Below, in pieces: positions 1-12,188 of a stretch of 64,000 nucleotides of DNA. The stretch spans positions 42,718,001 to 42,782,000 of the forward strand of contig NC_043010.1 of NCBI RefSeq assembly GCF_006345805.1, in the 5' to 3' direction. Position 1 is the stretch's first letter; each line of letters starts with the position of its first letter. The stretch comes from Octopus sinensis (Eukaryota). Both the position numbers and the translations under genes were made by a program. The notes under the pieces are model-generated. The model was given only the letters and a program-made list of their open reading frames with translations. It was not told the DNA's origin and searched no databases.

Positions 1-334
1 GCACATCTCTCCATCTGCATTATGCATCTTATCCATGTTTGAGTGTGTGCTCATAATTAAGGAGTTTCACATATTTTTTCAAATATTTTCACAACTCACA
101 GGGTTGTGAATTCATAAGTTTGTTTGTGTCTGTCATGTGATGTGATGTGATGGATATGTGCGATGTACATATATCTATGTGACAAGGAAGCTTAGCATTA
201 ATTGACAGAGAGAATATGTCTTTTATGCATAAAGTTCATATAATGCATCTAATTGATGTTCAGAGAAAAAATCTCATCCAGATTGGAATCGTAGCAAAGC
301 ACATGACAAGATCCTGCTTGAAATTTCAATGTGT

Positions 335-690
335 GAAATGTTACTTGTGCTTGCCAGGATAGAAGGTTTCATCCCTAATATTTGAAACATTCACTTTTGA
401 AGTTATAATGTTTAATCTTTCGGTGATGCAAAGCTCACATTTGCTGCCCCATCCCCTGTATTTGTTGGCCTCAGCTATAATGCTCCAGGTTATTTGGGAG
501 TTGTTCATATACCTCTCTTTCAGTGTCCATACCATGTTGGATAGGGATGTTTTTATCTCTGAGTGAAGCCAAATGCTGTGTACATCTCTCTTTGAAGGTG
601 TTTTCCATCATTTCAATATTTTGTTATTCCATTGAGATCCATGATGTTGACCTTGTTCACTAGTTCTTTTTCCAGACACCTATTGTTCAG
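335..690 (-). mobile_element. Penelope-like element, decayed GIY-YIG endonuclease/C-terminal region
   Basis: Minus-strand translation: ..ENTFKERCTQH.., VWTLKER..ITWSIIAEANKY..CELCITERLNII..NIRDE; resembles the PLE C-terminal W-x-I..CxLC..E..II pattern. Confidence 0.65.
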
Positions 691-723
691 GAGACAGCTG
701 TCCATAGATCTACAATTACAGGA

Positions 724-1275
724 TCGTCATCACCATCATTTAACGTCCAATGTTCATGCTGGAATGGGTTGGACAGTTTGACTGGGTTGGCATGCTGGAA
801 GGCTGCACCAGACTCCAGTCTGATTTGGCATGGTTTTCTGTGGCTAGATGCCCTTCCTAACACCAACCATTCTGAGAGTATAATGGGTGCCTTTATGTGC
901 CACTGGCATGGGTGCCATTTGCATGATACCAGGGTGTTTTTACATGTCATTAGCATGGATACCAATTTGTGTGACACCAGTATCTGTCATGACTATGATT
1001 TTGCTCAGCTTGATGGGTCTTCTTCTCAAGCATGGCATAATACCAAAGATCTTGGTCATTGCCTCTGTGAGGCCCACCACTTGAAAGGAACTTTAACCAA
1101 TTTGCCTCCATGAGGCCCAACAGTTAAAAGGAACTCAGCCACTTCACCTCCGTGAGGCCCAATGCTCGAAAGGTGTTCTTTACGTGCCACCAGCACAGGT
1201 GCATTTGGCTGGTTGGGTCCCCTCAAGCACAACACATTACCAAAGGTTTTGATCACTAGTCATTGCCTCTGTGAG
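724..1275 (-). mobile_element. RTE LINE 3' end (ORF C-terminus plus 3' UTR, (GAT)n tail); two ORF ends in tandem
   Basis: Minus strand reads LTEAMT..LW..A(M/V)LE followed by the GGCACxTAAA(A/G)GCACC..TTAGGAAGGGCATC..ACGTTAAATGATGA 3' UTR. Confidence 0.7.
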
Positions 1276-1284
1276 GTTCAATAT

Positions 1285-1983
1285 ATATATATTTTGCGTT
1301 CTTGTCACATTTTGTATTTTATTTTGTATATATATAGTGGCGTATGTACACTTTGTTCTCTTATATGTAAGTTCACATTTCACTAAATATTGTACAACTT
1401 TTTCAACTCTTTCTCCCCCCCTCTCTCTCACATTCCTTTGCCTTTCTTACTCACTTTGCACTTCACTATGTCCCTCTCTCTCTCTCTTTTCTTGCCACTC
1501 CTTGATTCTTCCATCTATCTACTTCACCACACTCTCTCTCGCTCTCTCTCTCTCTTCTCCCCCTCTTTAATTCCTTTGTTCCTCTTTTTCTCTCTCTTCT
1601 CACGTGACTGTTGGCCAACTGCTAGTCCTTTTGACTGTGGTCACTGCCACATTGATATTCTTCCCTCTGCTGTAAGGCTTCATTTCCATACACGCCAGCT
1701 GAATTCAATTCGTCTTTGTTTTGTATACATTCGATGCTTTTTTTCTAAGGAATCTAATGCTCTTAGCTTAGTTTTTCCTTGGGGCTGGCCACATTGGAAC
1801 AATCTCAAGATTAATCAACTGAAATTACGAAGATGATCCAGTTCTTGACTGAAGATAAAAGGCTTCGAATGACCCGTCCGTGTCTTTATGTATCGTCTAT
1901 CTGGATGTTTTGTTGTCCCTTTTTGTATCATCTAGTTGTCCGGGTGTTTTGCGTTCTTGTCCCATTTTGTATTTTATTATATA

Positions 1984-1985
<2 letters not shown>
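1285..1985 (+). mobile_element. Probable Penelope-type 3' terminal repeat region ending in (TA)n
   Basis: TTTTGCGTTCTTGTC(A/C)CATTTTGTATTTT at ~1290 and ~1950; GTTCTTGACTGAAGA..GGCTTCGAATG..CCGTCCGTG shared with 18395-18530. Confidence 0.4.
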
Positions 1986-2035
<50 letters not shown>

Positions 2036-2089
2036 GAAGAGAGAGAGAAAGAGAGAGCACTGATCTTTGAGGGATATTTGTTATATTGT

Positions 2090-2835
2090 TATTTTTACTG
2101 TGGTTGAATATAATCAAACCTATACTGGGTAAGCAACTATAACTGACTTTAACTGTATTTCTATTGAAGATCTTGTGGTATTTATGTGAGTATGGGAAGT
2201 GGTATCTATGAGTTTTAGGACTTTTCTAGCTTTGTTAGTGGCTACATTCTTACTATTTGGGGGTTGTACCATAAGATTTTCCTCTAACTATGTCTTCTTT
2301 GTCTATCTACATTTAGTTCAATATGATTTATGCTACTCTTGAAGTTGGACCTTTTTAATGCAGTTTTGTAGCATGGACAGCATTTTCAAAAGTAGCATTA
2401 TTAGCAGATAGGTTGGAAACATACCTACTAATGCTTATTAATTAATTATTTTATGACTGATGGTGAGTGGTTGGAACCTATGTCAATGTGTAAGATATTC
2501 TCCTTTGGTTTATGGTAGGTTTTAAATTTGCCTGTACGAAGGGTCATGTTAATGTCTGGAAAATTATCTTCTTTAAGGTTAGTGTTAATTGTAATTCTAA
2601 GATTCAGTTGGCTAAATATTTTGCATAATCTTTTCCTTATCTTATCCATTTTGTTATGTACCACTTGAAGTTCTTTGTCCCTATATAGCCTTATATCAGC
2701 TTCTTTATCTCTTTTTTAAGAGCATCTAGAATAGCAAGGCCAACCAGATCTGCTATCTATGCACCATCATACCTCCCCATTGTGACATCAAATAGCTTGT
2801 TCCCATTCTTTTTCACCCAATAGGAAACTATAGCG
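2090..2835 (-). mobile_element. Penelope-like element, decayed reverse transcriptase fragment
   Basis: FDVTMGRYDGA*IADLVGL..LYRDK (GLYRDD-like), [32 protein letters not shown]. Confidence 0.75.
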
Positions 2836-2836
2836 C

Positions 2837-3097
2837 AATCTTCAGCTGCATAAAAATATAGAATTTAGTTAAATTTGAAGGATTCATTTTTATAGTTTTC
2901 TTATTATCCAAAATCACCAAGAGGGTAAGGAGAAAGACAAAGAACATGTTTTATCAACAACATCACAGTTGTAACTGAGTTACAACTGTGATGTTGTTGA
3001 TAAAACATCCTCTTGGTGATTTTGGATAAAAAGAATATTATACAAATGAGTCCCTTCGAATTTAACTAAATTCTATATTTTTATGCAGCTGAAGATT
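2837..3097. repeat. Fold-back hairpin with a perfect 31-bp/1-nt-loop core
   Basis: 2946-2976 is the exact reverse complement of 2978-3008; outer arms 2837-2926 and 3009-3097 also pair. Confidence 0.95.
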
Positions 3098-3299
3098 CCT
3101 CTACATTTTAAATTGATGTAATATTTGCATTGTTTAATTAAATGGAGTTGCATGAAATGATCGTACTGCATTACCTCTGGATATCCTTGTTGCTTATTTG
3201 GATACAGGGTGTGAAAGGTATTTGAGAAGATATTTGTTAATTTAATAAAACAACTATAATCTAACAAAAACCAAATGTACTGGAATAAAAATTTGTACA

Positions 3300-4290
3300 C
3301 ATGTTCTGAATAGTCTTTTTGATGAGATTATTCTATGAATCCACCTACAGCTTTGATGACTAAATCAATGTGGGAGAAGAATTGTTGACATATCTGCATT
3401 AAATGGGCCTTATTTGTCATTTTGAACATCACCTAGACAATGGCAGCCTTCAAGAGAGGCCAAGGTATTATGAGGATGTCAATTAATCTCCCTTTCAACA
3501 ATACTTCAAACATAAAAAAGATTTAAATTGGGTGAGTTTGTAGGTCATGAATTTGGTGTTTCATGATTGTAAAAATTGTCTGACAGCCATTCTTGGGTTA
3601 CATGGGCTTTGTGCAATGGTGCTGAGTCTCATTGAAACACATATGGTTTTCCACAGCATATTTCATCCATCCAGGGCTTAACAGCTATCTCCAGCACTTT
3701 AGCATCCTGTGGAAAGATGTGAAGTGGCATGATATAACCTTCATTGCTCACCATACCTAAAACCATTACAGTTACTAGAAATTTAGTGTGTATCATGCTA
3801 AGTGCTTCAGAAGAATCTGTACAAAACCATCTGTTATTTCTCCTCTTGAACTTTTGGTTTTGGTCAAAGTTTTTTTCACTTCAGAAAAGAACCAAAGCAT
3901 GCCATGTTCATGAGAATTTTTAACCTTGTTAAGCAACCACTAAGCATGGATCAGATGGTTTTCTTGCATATATGAATTGGCCCCTCCTCAGTACATACAA
4001 CTTGTATTTAATGTCCTCATGCACCACAGTTCTCATAGTCCACTCCAACATCTGAAGTTCTTTGACGATGGCCCTCAATGATGTTCTGGGATCATCATTG
4101 ATAATGTTTTCAACCCATTAGATAAATTGTGATGTTCTTACAGTGTCCAAACATTTAGAATATTTCTTTTCTTTGACGCAGTTGAAATGTTCTTGCCAGA
4201 AGCTTCCAATTCTATCTGAACTTTGTAAACAAAAGATCTCATAACATTTAAAAACTTTCCAATTTCTAAATCACTGCATGTATTTTCATT
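3300..4290 (-). mobile_element. Decayed Tc1/mariner transposase, DD37D (maT)-like
   Basis: Minus strand: IINDDPRTSLRAIVKEL..VVHEDIKYK..FSEVKNF..QNNR-like, DSAPLH..PTNSPNLN; stops and frameshifts. Confidence 0.7.
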
Positions 4291-4992
4291 TCTTATGTTA
4301 GTTTTTTTTTATCTACTATAGGAGTTCTGAAAGACATAAAAACTTTTTAATTGGTTTGAAGGGAGTTTATACTGATAATTAAATGTCCTCAAATACCCAA
4401 CTTGGATTTGAATTCAGACTCACTGCGTGGTACCTTGGGCAAGTGTTTTCCAGTACAGCCTTGGATCAACCAAAGCCTTATGAGTGGATTTGGATATATA
4501 TATGTGTGTGTAAAAGAATGTTATTGTTATACAGACAGTGTCCTTCATTTCCAAACATTTATGCAAATATGTTCAACTATTGGGAAATATTACCTTACTT
4601 GGAAACAGATGAGGGTTGGCAACAAGTAGGGCATCCAGCTAAAGAAATATTTCCTCAACAAATTCTGTCTGATAAGCAAGGAAAAAGTGGATGCTAAAGC
4701 AACAATGATGATGATGAGTGTGTAAGTAGGTTTGTGTCTGCATTTTTAGTTGTTTAGACTTACTACAGCTATCATGTCATCTTGATTTACTAATCAGCTA
4801 TGTTTTAAGGACCTTCATTTACAGTTTCTCTCCTCTTCTTTAAGAAACTTTGATTTTAAACCAGATAGACTCTCTGCAATCTATGAACAGTGTAATTCTC
4901 AGAAACTACCAAACAACTATAAATACTCACCACTTAATGGGGCCAGTATTTCTCATAATTAGTTTGTGATTATCACTGAAGCACAAGTAAAG

Positions 4993-5311
4993 ATCATCAT
5001 CATCATCATCATCATTATCATTTAGCGTCCGCTTTCCATGCTGGCATGGGTTGGACGGTTCAACTGGGGTCTGGGAAGCCAGAAGGCTGCACCAGGCCCA
5101 GTCTGATCTGGCAATGTTTCTACAGCTGGATGCCCTTCCTAATGCCAACCACTCCGTGAGTGTAGTGGGTGCTTTTTATGTGCCACCGGCACAGATGCCA
5201 GACGAAGCTGGCAAACGGCCATGATCAGATGGTGCTTTTTACGTGCCACCAGCACGGAGGCCAGGAGAGGCTGGCAACAGCCACGATTGGATTGTGCTTT
5301 TTACGTGCCAC
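4993..5311 (-). mobile_element. 5'-truncated RTE 3' UTR copy (SINE-like family A)
   Basis: (ATC)n tail, AGCGTCCGCTTTCCATGCTGG..GATGCCCTTCCTAA..GGTGCTTTTTA(T/C)GTGCCACC repeats. Confidence 0.85.
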
Positions 5312-6355
5312 TTCCCAAGGTCTACTTGTTCTTTTACAACTTAGAGATAAATTCTCTCATATAGAAAGGGGTTTGTTAAAGGATAATGGTTTCTTGGCCA
5401 TGATTAATTGTAGGCTATGAATACATTCTGGAAGGCCTCAATTAGCTTCTTCAAAACTTTTTATCTGAACAACACATAAGGAAATTTATATATATATTTT
5501 TGTATATCTATATTCCCTATCTAAATTAAATGTCTTTTCAAGTGATGCCAAATGGTTTTCCTTTCCATTTTTAATTTAATCTATATTTTTTTTATTGTGA
5601 TCTTGAATCTCTCCAAGGAGTTGTTTTACCTAGACAGAAAACCAAATGAGCCCATAAATTATATCAACAAATTTTCAAACCATCATGAAAAAAATTGGTT
5701 AAAATTATCCCATTGAGATTATCCATTATATAGCAAACATTTAATTACAAGAGAACATTGGCTCCTAATGGTTTTATGGAGAAGCTGTATCATATTAGTT
5801 ATAAACATAGGATTAGAAGGAATAAATTTTGACATATTATTTGGTATAATCCACCGTTTAATACAAAAATAGCAATATCTATAACTAAAATATTATTTTC
5901 TCTACTCAAGAAACATTTTCCAGCATAACATAATAAGAGCAAAATCAGTAAACAGTATTAATAAAGATTTCTGATTCAGGAACAATACCAGCACTTTTCA
6001 AAGGAGAAGATTAGATGATACCATTGACAAAAATACTTCTCTGGTACTTTACTTTATCGACCCTGAAAAGATGAAATGCAAAATTGACATTGGAGACAAT
6101 TAAATTCAGAACATAAAGAGCCAGGAGAAATACTGCAGGGCATTTATTCAAAAGCTCTAATAATCCTGCCATTTCACTGCCTTACCAAGTAGTAAGAACA
6201 GCACTAATTAGATTGACAGTTGCTATAATGCAAATTGTAATTTGCATTATAGCCACTGCCAATGTACTTATTGTAATATTTAGGTATGGTCTATAGATGC
6301 AGGGTTATAAGCCATACTTGTATCAAAAGGTATGCCTTCATTTATTGCCTATTGC

Positions 6356-6650
6356 CATCATCATCATTGTTTAACATCTGCTTTCCATGCTAGTATGAGT
6401 TGGACTTTTGACTGAGGACTGGCAAGCCAGGAGGTTGCACCAGGCTTCAATCTGATCTAGCAAGGTTTCTACAGCGGGATGCCCTTCCTAACGCCAACCA
6501 CTCTGAGAGTGTAGTGGGTGCTTTTTATGTGCCACCAGTACGGGAGCTAGTAAGGCAGTATTGGCATCGACCACACTCAAACGGTGCTTTTTACATGCTA
6601 CTGGTATGGGGGCCAGTCAGGCGGCACTGGCCCTATCTGTACCAATTGCC
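6356..6650 (-). mobile_element. RTE 3' UTR copy (family A), older
   Basis: Diverged match to 4993-5311. Confidence 0.75.
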
Positions 6651-6797
6651 ATGCCTGCACTATTGTCATACCTAGCCCTATCTAACAATGTTAGAGATTT
6701 TGTATATGTATATGCATGTTTATATATTTCTACTCAAATTCTCTACTATAGAAATAGTTTAATTCCTGACTTCTTTATATAATAGATAAATATTCTA

Positions 6798-7044
6798 TGC
6801 TGGCACGTAAAAAGCACCATCCGACCGTGGCCGTTTGCCAGCCTCATCTAGCACCTGTGCCGGTGACACGTAAAAAGCACCCACTACACTCACGGAGTGG
6901 TTGGCATTATGAAGGGCATCCAGCTGTAGAAACATTGCCAGATCAGACTGGGCCTGGTGCAGCCTTCTGGCTTCCCAGACCCCAGTTGAACCGTCCAACC
7001 CATGCTAGCATGGAAAGCGGACACTAAACGATGATGATGATGAT
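6798..7044 (+). mobile_element. RTE 3' UTR copy (family A)
   Basis: GGCACGTAAAAAGCACC repeats..GAAGGGCATCCAGCTGTAGAAAC..CGATGATGATGATGAT. Confidence 0.85.
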
Positions 7045-7281
7045 CAATGGGAGAAAGAAATCAGGTGTATTTCCTCAGCGGGCACAGTCAACAAACTGTG
7101 AAACTGTCCATCAGGAGTTTTCTGCCTCTTTTTGTCATGTCTTGAAAGCATAAAAAAAATGTGTTTATATTCCTATAATTTTCTATAACAGCTAAGGCCT
7201 TCTAATTCAAACTTATTTCAGTTCTTTGGACTCAGACTGTTTTGCGCATAATACATATATATATATATATATATATACATA

Positions 7282-8721
7282 TATATATTTAGTTAACAAT
7301 GAACCATCTAAAGCATAAATATGTAGATTAAGCTTTCCTGTATGCCAGTAGTTTCCAAACGTTTTTGGGCTGCCTCCCCCTTGGCACACACACCTCATTC
7401 CTAGCGCCCCCTCTCTCTCCCCATCACAAATATAGACCACTTTCTGCAGCAAATTCAAAACAACTGTATTTCACAAATAAAACTTAAACCTAATTAACCT
7501 ATTAATATATATTTTTTTCCATCTATCACCCCATTATCATCCTACTTTTCAACGCTCCCTGGATCTTCCCACTGCCTCCAGGATGGGGGGGCAATACGAT
7601 CCACTTTGGGGAACCACTGCTGTAAGCTAATAGCTTAATTTGTAACAACTTTATATATAATTGCTGAATATTCAATGCTGTTTGGTGACTGAGAAAAAAA
7701 ATCTATATGCCTTCTCTGATGTACACTCAAACATACTGCAAAATGGCCTGCCAGAGGTCACTCACTTCTCTTTCCTTTCTGTCCATCAAAAGCATAGAAG
7801 GGATGTTTACATTCTTATAACTACCAATCACAGCAAAGGTTTTTTTATTTATATATATGGTTAACAAGCCCACTTAGCAAACATATGATTTCAGGTTCAG
7901 TCCTACAGCACAGCATCTTTGGCATGTGTCTCCTGGGCTATCCAAAGACTTGTGGATGGATTTGGTAGAACAAAACTGAAAGAAACATATATATATATAT
8001 ATTATATATATATATACATATATATATTTAGTTAACAATGAACCATCTAAAGCATAAATATGTAGATTAAGCTTTCCTGTATGCCAGTAGTTTCCAAACG
8101 TTTTTGGGCTGCCTCCCCCTTGGCACACACACCTCATTCCTAGCGCCCCCTCTCTCTCCCCATCACAAATATAGACCACTTTCTGCAGCAAATTCAAAAC
8201 AACTGTATTTCACAAATAAAACTTAAACCTAATTAACCTATTAATATATATTTTTTTCCATCTATCACCCCATTATCATCCTACTTTTCAACGCTCCCTG
8301 GATCTTCCCACTGCCTCCAGGATGGGGGGGCAATACGATCCACTTTGGGGAACCACTGCTGTAAGCTAATAGCTTAATTTGTAACAACTTTATATATAAT
8401 TGCTGAATATTCAATGCTGTTTGGTGACTGAGAAAAAAAATCTATATGCCTTCTCTGATGTACACTCAAACATACTGCAAAATGGCCTGCCAGAGGTCAC
8501 TCACTTCTCTTTCCTTTCTGTCCATCAAAAGCATAGAAGGATGTTTACATTCTTATAACTACCAATCACAGCAAAGGTTTTTTTATTTATATATATGGTT
8601 AACAAGCCCACTTAGCAAACATATGATTTCAGGTTCAGTCCTACAGCACAGCATCTTTGGCATGTGTCTCCTGGGCTATCCAAAGACTTGTGGATGGATT
8701 TGGTAGAACAAAACTGAAAGA

Positions 8722-8724
<3 letters not shown>
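7282..8724. repeat. Near-perfect tandem duplication, unit ~739 bp
   Basis: AGTTAACAATGAACC at 7291 and 8030; units appear identical except a 1-nt G indel; junctions lie in (TA)n. Confidence 0.95.
7346..7619. mobile_element. hAT-type MITE (duplicated at 8085-8358)
   Basis: Termini CAGTAGTTTCCAAAC..TTTGGGGAACCACTG; 8-bp TSD CTGTATGC/CTGTAAGC. Confidence 0.75.
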
Positions 8725-8762
<38 letters not shown>

Positions 8763-8932
8763 TCTTTCTTACAAAATATATAGACCTGCTAAAGAAGAGC
8801 TTGGGTCGAACCTGAGACAAAGGATAAGAATTGAAAAAAAAAAAGCTCAAATTAAACAATCAACTTTTTTTAAAGTTGATTGCCTAATATGAGCTTTTAT
8901 TTTAATTCTTATATATGTATATATATACACGT

Positions 8933-9268
8933 GAAGGCGCGTGGCTCAGTGGTTAGAGCATCGAGCTTACGATCGTGAGGTTGTGAGCTCGAATCCCGGA
9001 CTGGGCTGCGTGTTGTGTTCTTGAGCAAGACACTTTATTTCACGTTGCTCCAGTTCACTCAGCTGTAGAAATGAGTTGCGACGTCACAGGTGCCAAGCTG
9101 TATCGGCCCTTGCCTTTCCCTTGGACAACATCGGTGACGTGGAGAGGGGAGGCCGGTATGCATGGGCGACTGCTGGTCTTCCATAAAACAACCTTGCCCA
9201 GACTTATGCCTCAGAGGGTAACTCTCTAGGTGCAAACTCATGGTCAGTGTCTGACCGAAGGGGGTCAC
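8933..9268 (+). mobile_element. tRNA-derived SINE (family C)
   Basis: A box TGGCTCAGTGG 8942-8952, B-box-like AGCTCGAATCC 8986-8996, GTGTTCTTGAGCAAGACACTT body; close copy at 57095-57397. Confidence 0.85.
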
Positions 9269-9289
9269 CACCATCACCATATATATACA

Positions 9290-10625
9290 CATACATAGAT
9301 AAACAGACAGACAGATAATTGAAATGCTTTGTGCTGGGGAGAAACACCATTAATGTTATTTTCATAGTCAAGCAATTACAAGTGAAGTATTTAGCTAAAA
9401 ATAAACCAGTGTACTTGGCATTTGTTGATCTGGAGAAAGCCTTCAACAGAGAACATTATTCTGTGATATAGTGGTCTCTGAGGAAGCTGTGGATAGATGA
9501 ATGGCTTGTGAAAGCAGTAAAGGCCATGTACAGAGGTACTGTTAGTAATGTAAGGGCTAGCGATGAGTACAATGACAAAATTAGTGTACAGGTAGGTGCT
9601 CACCTAGGCTCATTCCTCAGTTCTCAGCTCCCTCCCATTCATCATTGTCCTCCAAGCCATAAAAGGAATTTAAGACTGGAAGCCCATGGGAACTTCTATA
9701 TGCTGATGATCTTGCTCTCATAGCAGAATCTGTAAGAGAACTAGAAAAGAAATTCTGAGTGTGGAACCAAAACCTGGAATTGAAGGGCCTTAAAGTTAAC
9801 TTAACAAAGACCAAAGCCATTGTAAGCAAGAAAACAGAGAGGACCATACTTCTTTCAAGTACATGGCCCTGATCAATATGTAGAAAAGGTGTAGGCAGGA
9901 ATTGTGTTCAATGTACCCAGTACAAGCTGTTGATACACAAGAAGTGAAGTGGAATATTAGAAAGCTTAACAGAGAAAGCAGTGTTTGTATGTGGAAGCGG
10001 TACAGGTGCCATAAAATCTACAGATTCACAGGAAATCAAATTTCTCAAATGTCCCGGAGGCTCTCTAAAGGTAGTGGATAATTTCTGCTACCTAGGTGTC
10101 TTAATTAGTAATGTAGGAGGATGTAACAAAAGTGTACTTGCTAGAATAAGAATAGGATGGAGAAAGTTCAAATACCTTTTACTTCAGTTGGCAGCCAAAG
10201 GCCTCTTTCTCCAACTGAAAGGAAGATTGTATGATGCATGTATACAAACAGTAATGATATATAGTAATGTGATTTGGGCTCTAATGCAGAGGATATGTGA
10301 AAACTAGAGAGGAATGGAGTAAGCACATGTGCAACAGAGTGCTAGTGTATTGAAATAAAAGTTAGGCATAGGTGTGCAAGAGAGAAAACTGCTCTGGTTT
10401 GGTAATGTGATGCACATGGATGAGGACAGTTGCATAAAGAAGTGCCGATCACTTACAGTGGATGGAACTTGTGGAAGTGGGAAACCCTGAAAGACATGGG
10501 ATGAAGCATTGAAGACTGATCTCAAAATGCTGAGCCTTATGAAGATGACAAAAGACTAAGATATCTGGCACCTTGCCGTACTCAAAAAGACCCATCTGCC
10601 ACAACAGAAATGATATCCTAAAACC
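9290..10625 (+). mobile_element. RTE LINE reverse transcriptase pseudogene fragment
   Basis: YLAFVDLEKAF, ELLYADDL, GLKVNLTKTK, FCYLG, ARIRIGWRKF, KGRLYDACIQTVM; many stops and frameshifts. Confidence 0.9.
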
Positions 10626-10746
10626 ACCTTGGTAAGGCTTGTCCATGAGGGGGTCTATCCCAGCCTCAATACCATTCCCTTTGCCCTGTCAATGTTTCTC
10701 CCGACATTTCATCCCCTAACACCCATCACTTTTCTATCATCTGAGA

Positions 10747-11112
10747 GTTGCTTCCCAACCACACAGTTCCGGGTTCAGTTCCACAGCATGGCACTTTGGG
10801 TAAGTGACTTCCACTTTAGCCTTGGGCCAACCAAAGTCCTATGAGTGGATTTGGTATATGGAAAGTGAAAGAAGCTCATCATATATGGGTGTGTGTGTGT
10901 TTATGTCTATGTTTGTCCCCCACCACCACTTGACAACTCATGTTGGTGTGCTTATGTCAACATAACTTAGCAGTTCAGTAAAAGACACCAATAAAAAAAA
11001 GTACCAGGTTTAAAAAGAAAAAGTACTGGTGCCAATTCATTCAACTAAAAATCCTTCAAGGCAAAGCTCCTTCATGGCCACTGTCCAATGACTAAAATTA
11101 ATAAAAGATAAA
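10747..11112 (+). mobile_element. tRNA-derived CORE-like SINE (family B), diverged
   Basis: GGTTCAGTTCC..GGCACTTTGGGTAAGTG..CCAAAGTCCT..GAGTGGATTTGGTA; same family as 47461-47925. Confidence 0.75.
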
Positions 11113-11114
11113 TG

Positions 11115-11168
<54 letters not shown>

Positions 11169-11249
11169 ACACACACACATACATATATACTGAGCAAGTT
11201 GTGCTAGATTGGGCAGTAAATACATATGCTGGGAGATGGGATTAAGAAT

Positions 11250-11560
11250 TTAAAGAGAGATAATGGTAGAAGAACTGAAACATGGTGAAATACAATAGTT
11301 TATAATAGAAATCAATAGGGAGTTCCCAGTGGGAAAGATAGTATGAGTCTCAGTGATGCATAAACTGCAGAAATCATGGGTATCTGAATAGGATTTTGCC
11401 CTGATAGTTGTTTTCCTATTTAATCTGTAATTAACATTCGTATCCTTAAGCTTCCAGATGTATTTGATAAAGTCATGGCCGTGAAGCCTGAACAAGATTT
11501 GATGCTGATAGGGATGATTATGTTGACATAATTACCTTAGACATTTACACATTAGGAAGC
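11250..11560 (-). mobile_element. Penelope-like GIY-YIG C-terminal fragment
   Basis: FIKYIWKLKDTNVNY..CSLCITE. Confidence 0.6.
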
Positions 11561-11862
11561 ATAGCGTCAGATGGCTGCAATTACCTTGGGATTAGTAGAG
11601 TGGTACTAGATCAATCTAAGGACAGGAGGGATGATTAACCAAGCAAAGTAAAACTGTAGATTATGAGAGACAAATGATTAAATTTGCTCATTGATAGAAG
11701 TTAAAGAAAAGTTATAGGTAAATAACTTCTTTGTCAAAAATTATATAATTGAAATGTTCAGTAACATCAAAGTGATACATTTATTTCATTTTTCTTATAT
11801 TTCTTATGTCCTTTAGAAAGGCAAAAATATAGTATTCTAACCTTTTCTCCAATAAATTTCCC

Positions 11863-12150
11863 GGCGATCTTTCGTTTGTAGTAGCACGTTTCCGTCGATG
11901 ATTTCCGTAAAAAACTTTTATTTTTTTACATATGGGCTTGCGGGAACATTTGAAGTAATGAGAGCGAAAGATCCTAAGAGAAAGTGATTTTATGACGAGG
12001 GAATTTCTTTTGAAGTTACAGAAGCATTGATGTACATGTGTGTATGTGTGTGCGCGCGCGTGTGTGTGTGTGTTTGATGGGGTGTGGGAGACAGACAGTA
12101 TGTTGTGTAAGTGAAGTGCTTCTGTTAGTGTGTGTGAAGAGACAGAGAGA

Positions 12151-12188
<38 letters not shown>

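Noticed and set aside
8933-9005. tRNA gene
   Set aside because: A and B boxes are present but there is no complete cloverleaf, and it continues into a SINE body repeated at 53.6 and 57.1 kb
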